Translations under genes and position numbers: made by a program
Shown: positions 1-9,394 of the stretch, one piece after another
Layout: the number at the start of each line of letters is the position of its first letter
Position numbering within the stretch: position 1 is the stretch's first letter
Assembly (NCBI GenBank): GCA_964505975.1
Contig: CAZDLW010000004.1
Span: forward strand, 17,790-81,789
DNA from: an uncultured Bifidobacteriaceae bacterium
GTDB taxonomy: Bacteria > Acidobacteriota > Vicinamibacteria > Vicinamibacterales > UBA2999
Reading direction: 5' to 3'
Length of the DNA stretch: 64,000 nucleotides
Notes under the pieces: model-generated
The model's database searches: none
What the model saw: the letters and a program-made list of their open reading frames with translations, nothing else
What the model was told of the DNA's origin: nothing

Positions 1-785
1 ATCAGCGCCCGTTCCAGCCGCTGCATGGCAATCGTCAGGGCCACGGCACCGACCACCACCAGGTAGCCGATGTGCAGCACGATGGTCCAGTCCACGCGAC
101 CAGTAGTGAGCTGCCGCAGCAGCTCCACGCCGTGGTAGAGCGGCACGATCTGGACGACCCACTGCAGGATCTCCGGAAACCGTGTAATAGGGAAGAACGT
201 GCCACTGAACAGGAACATCGGCAGCACGCCCAGCCCCATGACCGTATCGAAGTCCTCGATGCGCCGGGCAAAGCTGGTGATGCAGAGGGCCACCGCTGAG
301 AATGCCGCGGCGACGAGCACGGCGGCGGGCAGTGCAAGCAGTCCCCAGGCTGACAGAATCATCGGCGAGCCCATGACGGCGCCGACGGCCAGCACCACGA
401 CGAGAAAGACCGCCGCGTACAGGGAGCCTCGTGTCAATGCCCACAGCATCTCACCGAACGCGACATCGGGTACCCGCATCGGTGTCGCGAGAATGCCGTC
501 ATAGGTCTTCTGGAAGTGCAGCTTGAAGAAGATGTTGAAGAATCCGTCGCTGATTGCCCCGTTCATGCAGCTTGCCGCGAGCAACCCCGGCGCCACGAAC
601 GCGCTGTAGGCGATGCCATCGATGTCCGGCACCAGCGAACCGAGCCCTAGCCCGATGCCCAGCAGGTAGAAGACAGGCTCGAAGAAGCCTGAGACGACCA
701 CCATCCAGGAGTGCTTGTAGACGGCGAGATTGCGCTGCACCATGCGGCTGGACCGCCGCAGCGACGGAAGCACGATGGTAGTCAT
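1..785 (-). CDS. ABC-2 type transporter permease (3' end runs off the window)
   Basis: Absent from the ORF track because no stop lies in the window. My translation from ATG (complement of 783-785) gives MTTIVLPSLRRSSRMVQRNLAVYKHSWMVVVSGFFEPVFYLLGIGLGLG..., which is multi-pass hydrophobic and paralogous to the upstream permease. ATGA start/stop overlap at 782-785. Confidence 0.8.
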   Translation of the reverse strand, partial: MTTIVLPSLRRSSRMVQRNLAVYKHSWMVVVSGFFEPVFYLLGIGLGLGSLVPDIDGIAYSAFVAPGLLAASCMNGAISDGFFNIFFKLHFQKTYDGILATPMRVPDVAFGEMLWALTRGSLYAAVFLVVVLAVGAVMGSPMILSAWGLLALPAAVLVAAAFSAVALCITSFARRIEDFDTVMGLGVLPMFLFSGTFFPITRFPEILQWVVQIVPLYHGVELLRQLTTGRVDWTIVLHIGYLVVVGAVALTIAMQRLERAL

Positions 786-1567
786 CGACGCAGCTTTCGC
801 GCGAAGGTGACTCGTGCGGCGGCCGTTCCTCCCGCGAGCATCACGGCCAGGTACGTCACGTGGATTGCCGCTGTAGACGGTCCGATCGTGCCGAGCACGA
901 GCCCTCGCACGAGCTCGACGCCATGAAACAGCGGCGTGCACCAGGCGACAACCTGGAGAGGCTCCGGCAGCCGGGCAATCGGAAAGAAGACGCCGGAGAA
1001 GAGAAACAGGGGCGTAATGACGAATCGAAACAGAATATTGAAGTTGCTCGAGCTCTCGAGAGTCGCCGCATACGCGAGGATCGGCGCGCTGAAGGCCAGT
1101 CCGGTGAGAACAGCGCCTGGAACGGCGAGCACCACGAACACCGATTGCGGGACACCGAAGGCAACGAGCACGATGGTGAAGGCCACGGCCACCATCGACA
1201 ACCGCACGCCGATCCAGAGCAGTTCACCGGCAACCACATCCACCACGCGCATGGGCGTGGCGAGGATGGCCTCGTAATTGCGCCGCCAGGTGATCTTGCC
1301 CATGATGGGGAAGCTCGATTCGAACGTTGCTGTCTGCATGCACGTCGCCGCGAGCAGCCCGGGGGCGATGAAGTGCAGGTACGAGACCTGACCAGGGAGC
1401 GCGGCGCCGTCGGCGTCGATGAGACCTCCGAGGCCGAGACCCATAGCCAGCAGGAAGAGCAGCGGCTGCAGGAAGCTCGTGAAGATGGAGCCCCGCCACA
1501 CGCGGCTGTACACGAGCGCGTTGCGCTGGGCCATGCGCACGGCTCCGGTGGCGACTCCCCGCGTCAT
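782..1567 (-). CDS. ABC-2 type transporter permease
   Basis: ORF 782..1678, with the start trimmed to ATG 1567, which overlaps the ATPase stop (ATGA). Sequence MTRGVATGAVRMAQRNALVYSRVWRGSIFTSFLQPLLFLLAMGLGLGG has several hydrophobic spans. Confidence 0.8.
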   Translation of the reverse strand: MTRGVATGAVRMAQRNALVYSRVWRGSIFTSFLQPLLFLLAMGLGLGGLIDADGAALPGQVSYLHFIAPGLLAATCMQTATFESSFPIMGKITWRRNYEAILATPMRVVDVVAGELLWIGVRLSMVAVAFTIVLVAFGVPQSVFVVLAVPGAVLTGLAFSAPILAYAATLESSSNFNILFRFVITPLFLFSGVFFPIARLPEPLQVVAWCTPLFHGVELVRGLVLGTIGPSTAAIHVTYLAVMLAGGTAAARVTFARKLRR

Positions 1568-2484
1568 TCGACCAAGGTGCGGCCGGTGAGCCGCAGGAAG
1601 ACGTCCTCCAGCGTCGAGCGCCGCACGAGCGCGCTCTCGGGCACGATGCCGCGCGCGCGGACTTGTTCGAGCGCCCATTCACCGTCCGCGGTGTACAGGA
1701 GCAGACGATCGGGCAATGTTTCGATGCGGTCGGCCAGCCCCGTGAGCCGGCCGTCGAGGCCCGCACGCATCTCGTCCCGGCAGCGCAGTTCCAGCACCTC
1801 CCGAGTCGCGTACTGATCGATGAGGTCGGTGGGCGACCCCTGCGCCACGATGCGCGCCTTGTCCATCACCACCAGGCGGTCGCACAGCTGCTCGGCTTCG
1901 TCCATGTAGTGCGTGGTGAGCAGCAGGGTGACGCCGCGCCGTTTGAGCTGGTACAGCCGCTCCCAGATCGCATGACGCGCCTGTGGATCGAGCCCGGTGG
2001 TCGGCTCGTCGAGCAGCATCAGATCGGGCTCGTTGACGAGCGCACGGGCAATCGTCAGGCGGCGCTTCATGCCTCCCGACAACGGTTCCACCGGGGAGTC
2101 GGCGCGCTCGGCGAGCTGCACGAACTCGAGCAGCTCTTTCGCACGGCGCCGAGCGGTCTCGCCGGGAATGTCGAAGTACCGGGCGTACATCAACAGGTTC
2201 TCACGCACGGTGAGCTCCGTATCGAGGTTGTCCAGCTGCGGCACGACTCCCAGACGCGCCTTGATCGCGCTCGCCTGCGTCCCCGGATCCAGACCCATGA
2301 CCCGCAGCTCCCCCGAGGTGACCGGCGACGCGCATCCGATCATCCGCATCGTGGAGGTCTTGCCGGCGCCGTTGGGTCCGAGGAAGCCGAATGCCTCGCC
2401 TGCTTCGACTTCGAAGTCGATGCCATCGACGGCCACGAAATCGGCAAACCGCTTGGTCAGGCGACGGGCGTAGATCAGGGACAT
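1564..2484 (-). CDS. ABC transporter ATP-binding protein
   Basis: Walker A GPNGAGKTS, signature LSGGMKRRL, Walker B LMLLDEPTTGLD. Start placed at MSLIYARRLTKRF (ATG 2484) rather than the Arg-rich ORF extension. Confidence 0.9.
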   Translation of the reverse strand: MSLIYARRLTKRFADFVAVDGIDFEVEAGEAFGFLGPNGAGKTSTMRMIGCASPVTSGELRVMGLDPGTQASAIKARLGVVPQLDNLDTELTVRENLLMYARYFDIPGETARRRAKELLEFVQLAERADSPVEPLSGGMKRRLTIARALVNEPDLMLLDEPTTGLDPQARHAIWERLYQLKRRGVTLLLTTHYMDEAEQLCDRLVVMDKARIVAQGSPTDLIDQYATREVLELRCRDEMRAGLDGRLTGLADRIETLPDRLLLYTADGEWALEQVRARGIVPESALVRRSTLEDVFLRLTGRTLVE

Positions 2485-2794
2485 TGCAACGAGCGGCCGG
2501 GAACGCGCCAGAGCCGGCTGAGGCCGGCCCCCACGCGGCCCGGAACACGACATCGAACTCCTTACACGCGACCGCATGCGGTTCCAGCCGCGCGGAGCAC
2601 GCCAGGGTCGGCGCAAGCCGGCCCCCCGACTGAGGTCAACCATCGTTCGTACGTGGGGCCACCTTCCGCCTCCGCATGAAGCTCCGGCGGACAGCCGTAG
2701 CCGCGGCTATGGCGGTCAGGTGGCCCACGGAGCCCCGTGGCTGGTTGTACCACCTGGGAGACGCGAAGTCGACCGGGAGAGTACACTTGGCCTG

Positions 2795-5092
2795 GTGATC
2801 CGGCGCCTCTTTTGGCTCGTCGTCTTCGTCACGGTCGTCGTTCGGGTCGTCGAGGCCGCCCAGGCACCTCCACCAGACGTCGCGGCCGCCAGTGACGCCG
2901 CGATAGCGCTCGCCATTCCCTTCGCATTCGATGGTCCCCCGCCACCGGTGCCGCCGGAGGTGATGACGCGGGACGCCAGCGGGCGCGTCACGGTTCGCGC
3001 CGTTCGTCTGACAACACCCATCCGGCTCGATGGACGTCTCGACGAAGAGGTCTACGGACTCGTGCCGCCCATTACCGACTTCATCCAGCAGGAGCCGCTC
3101 GAGGGCGCCCCTGCCACCGAAAAAACCGAGGCCTGGATCTTCTTCGACGACAGTTCGCTCTATATCTCGTTCCGGCTGTGGGAGAGCAATCCGGAATCGC
3201 TCGTCGCCAACGAGATGCGGCGCGACAGCAACAACATCTTTCAGAACGATCACGTCGCGTTCATCCTGGACACTTTCTACGACCGGCGCAACAGCGTGGA
3301 GTTTGCCATCAATCCGCTTGGCGGCCGATGGGACGGGCAGATCACCAACGAGCGGAATGCGAGCGCGGACTGGAATCCCATCTGGGACGTGAAGGTGGGC
3401 CGCTTCGAGCAGGGATGGACCGTCGAGGCCGTCATCCCCTTCAAGTCGCTTCGCTACCGGCCCGGACGCGCGCAGATCTGGGGTTTCAACGCCCGCCGCA
3501 TCAACCGGGGCAAGAACGAAACCTCGTTCCTCACCCGCGTGCCGCGCGCGGCTGGACAGCGTGCGTTGTTCCAGGCGTCACTGGCAGCCACGATGGTCGG
3601 GCTCGAAGCGCCCTCCGGCGCCAAGAACCTCGAGATCAAGCCGTACGCCGTGTCGGGGCTCGCCACGGACGTCGCGGCGGTTCCGCAGATTTCGAACCGG
3701 TTTTCGCGGCAGGTCGGCGTGGACGTCAAGTACGGGGTGACACAGAGCCTGACGGCCGACTTCACCTACAACACGGACTTCGCGCAGGTCGAGGCCGACG
3801 AGCAGCAGGTGAATCTCACGAGGTTCAGCCTCTTCTTCCCCGAGAAGCGGGAGTTCTTTCTCGAGAACCAGGGCTTGTTCGGGTTCGGCGGGGCTGGCAC
3901 CAGCGCCGCTGGCGATACGCCGATTCTGTTCCACAGCCGGCGCATCGGCTTCGATCGAGGACAGGTGGTGCCCATCGAGGCGGGCGGCCGGCTCACGGGC
4001 CGTGTCGGCCGCTTCACACTCGGCGTGCTCAACATCCAGGCCGATGCGGAGTTGTCCCGCGACGTGCTGGCCACGAACTTCTCCGTCGTCCGCGTGAAGC
4101 GCGACATCCTGCGCCGCAGCAGCGTCGGCGTGATTTTCACGGGGCGTTCGGCGGTGGAGGGGGGAACAGCGAGCAATCAGGCGTACGGCGTGGACGGTAC
4201 GTTTGCGTTCTTCGACAACCTCTCCATCAACAGTTATTGGGCGACCACGCGCACGGGCGGCGTCTCAGGGCGCGATACCAGCTATCGTGCCCAACTGGAC
4301 TACGCCGGGGACCGGTACGGCGTCCAGCTCGAACAGCTCAACGTCGGTGCGCACTTCCGGCCGGACGTCGGGTTCGTCCGGCGCGATGACATGCGGCGCT
4401 CCTCGGCGCAGTTCCGCTTCAGCCCGCGCCCCCGGTCGAACCGCGTCATCCGGCGCCTGTCCTGGACGGCGAGCGGCACGTACATCGAGAACGGACACAG
4501 GCGCGTGGAGACACGCAACTGGCGCGGCGAGTTCGGCATCGAGTTCCACAACAGCGATCGGTTCACGGCCAGCTATGGTGGAGCCTTCGAGCTCCTCGAT
4601 CGGCCGCTGCGCATTGTCGGTCTCACGGTCCCGGCCGGGGGGTACGACTTCGCCGACGCGTCCGTGCGGTTCGATTTCGGCCGGCAACGGCAGCTCTCGG
4701 GCAACGTCGAGCTGGAGCGGGGCACCTTCTACGGCGGTCACAAGACGACGCTGACCGTCAGCCAGGGGCGATTCAATCCAACGCCGCAGATCGCCCTCGA
4801 GCCCACGTACGCGGGCAACTGGGTCGAGATCCCCGAGGGGGTATCGCGAACGCACTTGATTGGATCGCGCGCCACCTACACGATGACGCCGACCCTGTTC
4901 GTGAGCGCCCTGCTGCAGTACAACACCGGCACGGCCTCGACATCCTCCAATGCGCGCCTCCGGTGGGAGTATCGACCGGGCAGCGAGCTGTTCATCGTCT
5001 ACACGGAACAGCGGGACACGCGCGCGACACGGTTTCCGGATCTGGTCAACCGATCTTTGATCGTCAAGATCAACAGCCTGTTCCGCATCTGA
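2795..5092 (+). CDS. CBM9/DUF5916-like secreted, probably outer-membrane, protein
   Basis: ORF 2576..5092. Tentative GTG start at 2795 lies before a hydrophobic segment IRRLFWLVVFVTVVV. The N-terminal block VRLTTPIRLDGRLDEEVY...ITDFIQQEP...AWIFFDDSSLYISFRLWE is followed by a long beta-rich C-terminal part. Family name is from memory. Confidence 0.7.
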   Translation: MIRRLFWLVVFVTVVVRVVEAAQAPPPDVAAASDAAIALAIPFAFDGPPPPVPPEVMTRDASGRVTVRAVRLTTPIRLDGRLDEEVYGLVPPITDFIQQEPLEGAPATEKTEAWIFFDDSSLYISFRLWESNPESLVANEMRRDSNNIFQNDHVAFILDTFYDRRNSVEFAINPLGGRWDGQITNERNASADWNPIWDVKVGRFEQGWTVEAVIPFKSLRYRPGRAQIWGFNARRINRGKNETSFLTRVPRAAGQRALFQASLAATMVGLEAPSGAKNLEIKPYAVSGLATDVAAVPQISNRFSRQVGVDVKYGVTQSLTADFTYNTDFAQVEADEQQVNLTRFSLFFPEKREFFLENQGLFGFGGAGTSAAGDTPILFHSRRIGFDRGQVVPIEAGGRLTGRVGRFTLGVLNIQADAELSRDVLATNFSVVRVKRDILRRSSVGVIFTGRSAVEGGTASNQAYGVDGTFAFFDNLSINSYWATTRTGGVSGRDTSYRAQLDYAGDRYGVQLEQLNVGAHFRPDVGFVRRDDMRRSSAQFRFSPRPRSNRVIRRLSWTASGTYIENGHRRVETRNWRGEFGIEFHNSDRFTASYGGAFELLDRPLRIVGLTVPAGGYDFADASVRFDFGRQRQLSGNVELERGTFYGGHKTTLTVSQGRFNPTPQIALEPTYAGNWVEIPEGVSRTHLIGSRATYTMTPTLFVSALLQYNTGTASTSSNARLRWEYRPGSELFIVYTEQRDTRATRFPDLVNRSLIVKINSLFRI

Positions 5093-5192
5093 CGTGTCCA
5101 AGTCACGGGTGAGTGTGCCGTCGACTGGCGCAGTCGTCCGACGAGCCGTAATCGTAGTCGCGCCACAGCGTCGAGCGGCGACTGAGCCAGAT

Positions 5193-5558
5193 ATGAAACG
5201 GCGAGCAGAGACGGCCGGCACCACTGCCGCGGATTTCAGACGCATCGCACTGGGCCTGGAGGGCGCCGAAGAAGGGTCGCACATGGGCGCAGTCGATTTT
5301 CGCGTCGGCGGCCGCATCTTCGCGACGCTCGCCTCCGTCGCCCACGGCTATGGCAATCTCATGCTGACCCCTGAACAGCAGGCCGCCTTTGTCGCGGAGA
5401 TGCCCGACGTGTTCGTGCCGATCGCGGGTGGGTGGGGCCGCATGGGGATGACGCACATCGTCCTGGCCAAGGCCAGCGAGGATGTGCTCAGCGGCGCCCT
5501 GCGCACCGCCTGGCGGCTGCGCGTGGAGGCGAACCAGCCACGGGGCTCCGCCCCTTGA
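5193..5558 (+). CDS. MmcQ/YjbR family DNA-binding protein
   Basis: ORF 5094..5558, start at ATG 5193. Blocks AADFRRIALGL...VDFRVGGRIFATL...GWGRMGMTHIVL are typical of the YjbR fold family. Confidence 0.65.
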   Translation: MKRRAETAGTTAADFRRIALGLEGAEEGSHMGAVDFRVGGRIFATLASVAHGYGNLMLTPEQQAAFVAEMPDVFVPIAGGWGRMGMTHIVLAKASEDVLSGALRTAWRLRVEANQPRGSAP

Positions 5559-5589
5559 TTATTCCCGCGGAGTCCCGTGGCCGGTGGCC

Positions 5590-5623
5590 AGTATCTCTTT
5601 GCCGCGCTTCGCGCGGCTAGGAC
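5590..5623. repeat. REP-like hairpin, family A, copy 1
   Basis: AGTATCTCTTTGCCGCGCTTCGCGCGGCTAGGAC. The core CCGCGC-TT-GCGCGG is a perfect palindrome. Intergenic, between convergent genes. Confidence 0.7.
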
Positions 5624-5691
5624 CGCGATGCGGCCGAGAGCTGTGCGCAACAACGGGTACAAAATTCTCGTTGGCGGCCGTATCGCGGTCC
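5619..5691. repeat. REP-like hairpin, family B, copy 1 (reverse orientation)
   Basis: Arms GGACCGCGATGCGGCC / GGCCGTATCGCGGTCC match at 15 of 16 positions. The loop contains CAACGGGTACAAAATTCTCGTT, the reverse complement of the loop motif at 39983 and 11349. Confidence 0.65.
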
Positions 5692-5852
5692 ACCGAACGA
5701 AGGCTCGCCGCCAACGAAAGGGAACGGCGAAGGGACTGTGAGGCCCCTCGAGGTGGTCCCCACGCACGGTAAGCCGGGCTTCGGCCTCCGCCTTCCACTC
5801 GAGAACGGCAGCCTGCACCCAGAGGGCCGGCTGCTCACGAAGATCCAAAAAG

Positions 5853-6644
5853 TCACGGAGTGGAGGGCGTGGAGGGACGCGTCCACCCCGCGCGCAGCCC
5901 CCCCCGGTCCACCTCCTGACCGCGCAGGTAGACGCGCGCGATCTGACGGGTATTGCTGATGTCTTCGAGTGGGTTTGCCTGCAGGACGATGAAGTCGGCA
6001 CTGTTGCTTTCGGCCACCCTTCCGATCCCGTCGAGACCCAGAATTCCAGCCGATGTGCTCGTTGCCGCCACGAGTACCTGATGCGGAGCAAGACCCGCGG
6101 CCACCATGTCTGCCAGCTCCGCGTGTGCGGACCAGCCGTACGGGGCCCCAACGCCTGCGTCAGTGCCAAAGCCAATCCGGACACCGGCAGCGGCAAGCCG
6201 CACCAGGTTGCGCGCCTGAACCTCGAACAGCCTTGGCCGGGGAGGGTCGGTTTGCGATGTCTGTCGCATCTGTTCGATCTGGTCCGGTGGCAGCGTCTCG
6301 GACAATCCCTCGAGATCGGCCGATGTGCTCCTTTGCGCCACGTCGGTATAGCCGAGATGACTGTGCGCATCCACGAGGGCTGGTATCACCGTCATGCCGC
6401 GAAGATCCACGACGGCAGCGCCATCCGGCGGCCGGACAGCGCCCCTGACGCCAATCCGCGTGAACCGCGTGCCCTCGACAATGAATGCGGAGTCTTCGAC
6501 CGACGCACTTCCGTCGCCGGTGATGAGGCGTGCACCTTCGAACACCGTGACGATGGAAGATGTTTGCGACGAGCCGCCTGCAGGCTGGGAGACGCAGGCG
6601 GCGATGGCGAGGAGGACGAGAGCCAGACCAAGCCGGGAAACCAC
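5853..6644 (-). CDS. Amidohydrolase-family lipoprotein, unusually short (possible internal deletion)
   Basis: ORF 5853..6899. GTG start at 6644 lies 9 nt after AGGAG. Lipobox-like LLAIAAC. The N-terminal block VIPALVDAHSHLG and C-terminal block GVRIGFGTDAG...ADFIVLQANPLEDI are separated by only about 55 aa. Confidence 0.6.
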   Translation of the reverse strand: MVSRLGLALVLLAIAACVSQPAGGSSQTSSIVTVFEGARLITGDGSASVEDSAFIVEGTRFTRIGVRGAVRPPDGAAVVDLRGMTVIPALVDAHSHLGYTDVAQRSTSADLEGLSETLPPDQIEQMRQTSQTDPPRPRLFEVQARNLVRLAAAGVRIGFGTDAGVGAPYGWSAHAELADMVAAGLAPHQVLVAATSTSAGILGLDGIGRVAESNSADFIVLQANPLEDISNTRQIARVYLRGQEVDRGGLRAGWTRPSTPSTP

Positions 6645-6699
6645 CCTGGACGGCTCCTGCTTATCCGGTGTTTCTGCACACGACTCGAATGGTGTCTGC

Positions 6700-6890
6700 G
6701 TCGCCGTGCCGATGTGCCCCTGCGTCTTGCTCCCGACGACTCGCGCGGTAAAACGCATCCTCCACCTCGCCGCCAGCGACCCGAGCTGGGTCCCGCAACC
6801 CAGCTCGGTCCTCACGCTCCGGATGCGTTTTGCCTGACTCCGTCGCGCGAGTCGTAGGTCGCGTCGCCACAAGGGGCACATCGGCACGCC
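6700..6890. repeat. Long nested palindrome (MITE/REP-like), copy A
   Basis: The core CGCGCGGTAAAACGCATCCTCCACC...GCGACCCGAGCTGGGTCCCGCAACCCAGCTCGGTCCTCACG.TCCGGATGCGTT...GTCGCGCGAGTCGTAGGTCGC is shared with 17117-17245. Outer arms GTGCCGATGTGCCCCT (6706-6721) / AGGGGCACATCGGCAC (6871-6886). Confidence 0.75.
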
Positions 6891-6979
6891 ACATGTCACC
6901 AGCTGATCGGTCCGCTAAAGCAACCGAATAAGCAGAAGACGGCAGGAACGGCCGGAATCCACGCGAACACGTCGTACGG

Positions 6980-7552
6980 TCAGTCATGATAGTGAAGCTG
7001 ACGGAACTGCTCCTCGTAGCGCCCGTCCGGGCGCCGAACGAAGATGCGGCACCGATCCAGGTTGCCTCCATAGACATGTAACGTGATCGATGTGCTCTCG
7101 GGACGCGCGTTCCCGAGCACATGCACGTCAATCGGCGGAATGAGGCGACCGGCCGTTCCCACGCCGACTCGCTGAGGCTCGGCCACGGGTGACAGGCGGT
7201 ACGCCCCGTCCGCCTCCTGCGTGGCGTCGAACTGCGTCACCGTGATCTCGCCATCGACCACACCTTCGACGCACCACAGCCCTCCGTGGTCATGGGCCGG
7301 AGTGCACTGTCCAGGTCCCCACGTCATGACCACGGCCGTATACCGCCCCTTGGGATCCCGATGGAGAAGTCGTCGTGCGTAGGTGTCTGGCCGCGGCCGC
7401 CGATAGCGATCGGGCAGGCGAAGCGCCGCGTGGCCCAGGATGTCTTCCAGGTCCGCCTTGATGCGCGCCGTGATCTCTTCGGCCGTGGAGGCATCGACGG
7501 CTCTGTCAAGCCTGGCCACGATGTCTTCCAACCCTTGGAACGTCGTCTCCAT
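6980..7552 (-). CDS. Cysteine dioxygenase type I-like cupin protein
   Basis: 190 aa. The block YTAVVMTWGPGQCTPAHDHGGLWCVEGVVDGEI matches the CDO-type cupin motif (W.pGq..p.HdH). Confidence 0.7.
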   Translation of the reverse strand: METTFQGLEDIVARLDRAVDASTAEEITARIKADLEDILGHAALRLPDRYRRPRPDTYARRLLHRDPKGRYTAVVMTWGPGQCTPAHDHGGLWCVEGVVDGEITVTQFDATQEADGAYRLSPVAEPQRVGVGTAGRLIPPIDVHVLGNARPESTSITLHVYGGNLDRCRIFVRRPDGRYEEQFRQLHYHD

Positions 7553-7653
7553 TCCGGCTCATCTTCTCATGAGGACGGGAGAACATGTCAGCGGCGCCGG
7601 CCCACTCGCCACCATTCCGTCCAACGGCAAGCGAACGCTCACAGACAGGGAAT

Positions 7654-7728
7654 CCTCGCTTGACATCACATCGTGGTGGCCCCAGCATGCACATTCGTGA
7701 CTGCCGAACGGGTGCCGTTCGCAGTCAC
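7654..7728 (+). promoter_or_regulatory. Candidate promoter plus palindromic operator upstream of the DASS transporter
   Basis: TTGACA (7654-7659), a 17-nt spacer, then CAGCAT (7677-7682). This is followed by the palindrome GTGACTGCCGAACGG-gtg-CCGTTCGCAGTCAC (7697-7728), about 50 nt before ATG 7778. Confidence 0.3.
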
Positions 7729-7777
7729 CTCCAACGACCTTTCGTCCCTGTCGAGCTCCCTGGCCTCAGGAGTATCG

Positions 7778-9280
7778 ATGGCACACAAACCCGCATTGCC
7801 CGACGGCTCGACGGCCGCATCCGTTGCGGTTGCCGTGGGGACGGACTCCAATCGGACGACGGAGCACGTTCGCTGGCGCGGCGCGCAGCCGCGAGGTCTG
7901 CTGATTGCAGTCGCGTGCGGGCTGATCGTGTGGGCCTTGCCTATGCCAGAGGGAATCGAACCGCACGCCTGGCACCTGCTGGCCATCTTCGTCGCAACCG
8001 TTGTCGGGATTATCGCGCGGCCGCTTCCGATGGCGGCCGTCGCCATGATCGGCATGGCGGCAGCGGTGTTCACCGGCACGCTCGAGATGGAGGAAGTCCT
8101 CGACGGGTTCAGCCGCGACGTTGTCTGGCTCGTCGTGGCGGCATTCCTGTTCGCCGGCACGTTCATTCGAACGGGTCTGGGCCGCCGAATCGCGTACGTG
8201 TTCATGTCGTTCGCCGGTCATCGGACGCTGGGTCTCAGTTACAGCCTGGCGGCAACCGACCTGGTACTGGCACCTTTCGTCCCCAGCCACACCGCACGCT
8301 CGGGCGGCGTGGTGTTCCCCGTCCTGCAGTCGGTTGCGCGATCCGTCCTCGCCGCTGGCGACGATGCAGCAGCACGCCGAACGGCCGGCTTCCTCACGGT
8401 TGCCACCTATCAATCGACATGCGTGACGAGCGCAATGTTCCTCACCGCAATGGCCGGCAACCCGTTGGCCGCCGCACTTGCGAACCAGCAGGGCGTGCAG
8501 ATTACCTGGGGCCTGTGGGCCCTCGCCGCTCTCGTGCCCGGCATCGCGAGCCTCCTGCTCCTGCCGGTGGTCATCGCCGCAATCCATCCACCGGGCGTGC
8601 GCTCCACACCGGATGCACGCGACCAGGCTCGCAGAGAACTGGCCGCGCTCGGACCCATGCAACGCGACGAGCGGCTCCTGATCGTCGTCTTCGGCGTGTT
8701 GCTCCTGGCGTGGTCGTTCGGACCCTCCGCCGGTCTCTCGAGCACGGCCGCCGCGTTTGGCGCCATCGCGGTGCTGCTGCTGACCGGTGTCCTGCTCTGG
8801 GAGCACATCGCCGCCGCGCACGAGGCATGGACCACCTTCGTCTGGTTCGCCGTGCTGCTGATGATGGCCACCGAGCTCGGTCGCCTTGGCATCCCCGAGT
8901 GGTTTGGAAACGTCGTCTCCAACGCGGCAGGCGGTGCGGGCTGGGTGATCGGGTTTCTGCTCCTCAGCCTGGCCTACTTCTACAGCCACTACATCTTCGC
9001 GAGCAACACCGCCCACATCGCGGCCATGTACGCCCCGTTTCTCATCGTGGCGATCGCGCTGGGTACGCCACCGCTCCTCGCCGCCCTCGTCCTCGGCTTC
9101 TTCAGTAACCTCTTCGCCAGCCTCACGCACTATGCGGCGGCCTGTGCGCCAATCTACTTCGGCGCCGGCTACGTCTCCGTCAACACCTGGTGGAAAATCG
9201 GCGGGATCGTCAGCATCGTCAACATCTCGATCTGGCTGGTGCTCGGCGGACTGTGGTGGAAGGTGCTCGGGATCTGGTAG
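7778..9280 (+). CDS. DASS/SLC13 family anion (di/tricarboxylate) transporter
   Basis: ORF 7673..9280, start at MAHKPAL (ATG 7778). The protein is polytopic, with blocks FSRDVVWLVVAAFLFAGTFIRTGLGRRIAY and DLVLAPFVPSHTARSGGVVFPV typical of 2-oxoglutarate/malate-type DASS permeases. Confidence 0.85.
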   Translation: MAHKPALPDGSTAASVAVAVGTDSNRTTEHVRWRGAQPRGLLIAVACGLIVWALPMPEGIEPHAWHLLAIFVATVVGIIARPLPMAAVAMIGMAAAVFTGTLEMEEVLDGFSRDVVWLVVAAFLFAGTFIRTGLGRRIAYVFMSFAGHRTLGLSYSLAATDLVLAPFVPSHTARSGGVVFPVLQSVARSVLAAGDDAAARRTAGFLTVATYQSTCVTSAMFLTAMAGNPLAAALANQQGVQITWGLWALAALVPGIASLLLLPVVIAAIHPPGVRSTPDARDQARRELAALGPMQRDERLLIVVFGVLLLAWSFGPSAGLSSTAAAFGAIAVLLLTGVLLWEHIAAAHEAWTTFVWFAVLLMMATELGRLGIPEWFGNVVSNAAGGAGWVIGFLLLSLAYFYSHYIFASNTAHIAAMYAPFLIVAIALGTPPLLAALVLGFFSNLFASLTHYAAACAPIYFGAGYVSVNTWWKIGGIVSIVNISIWLVLGGLWWKVLGIW

Positions 9281-9394
9281 GAGCGACGCCGTTCGAGCCG
9301 GGCGCTCCGGTCGGAGGCCGCGGAAACCACGCCTTCGACCATGACGCTCACGACCCGTGCCGCAGCTGAGCCGCCCGGCCGTGTGATGATCGGG

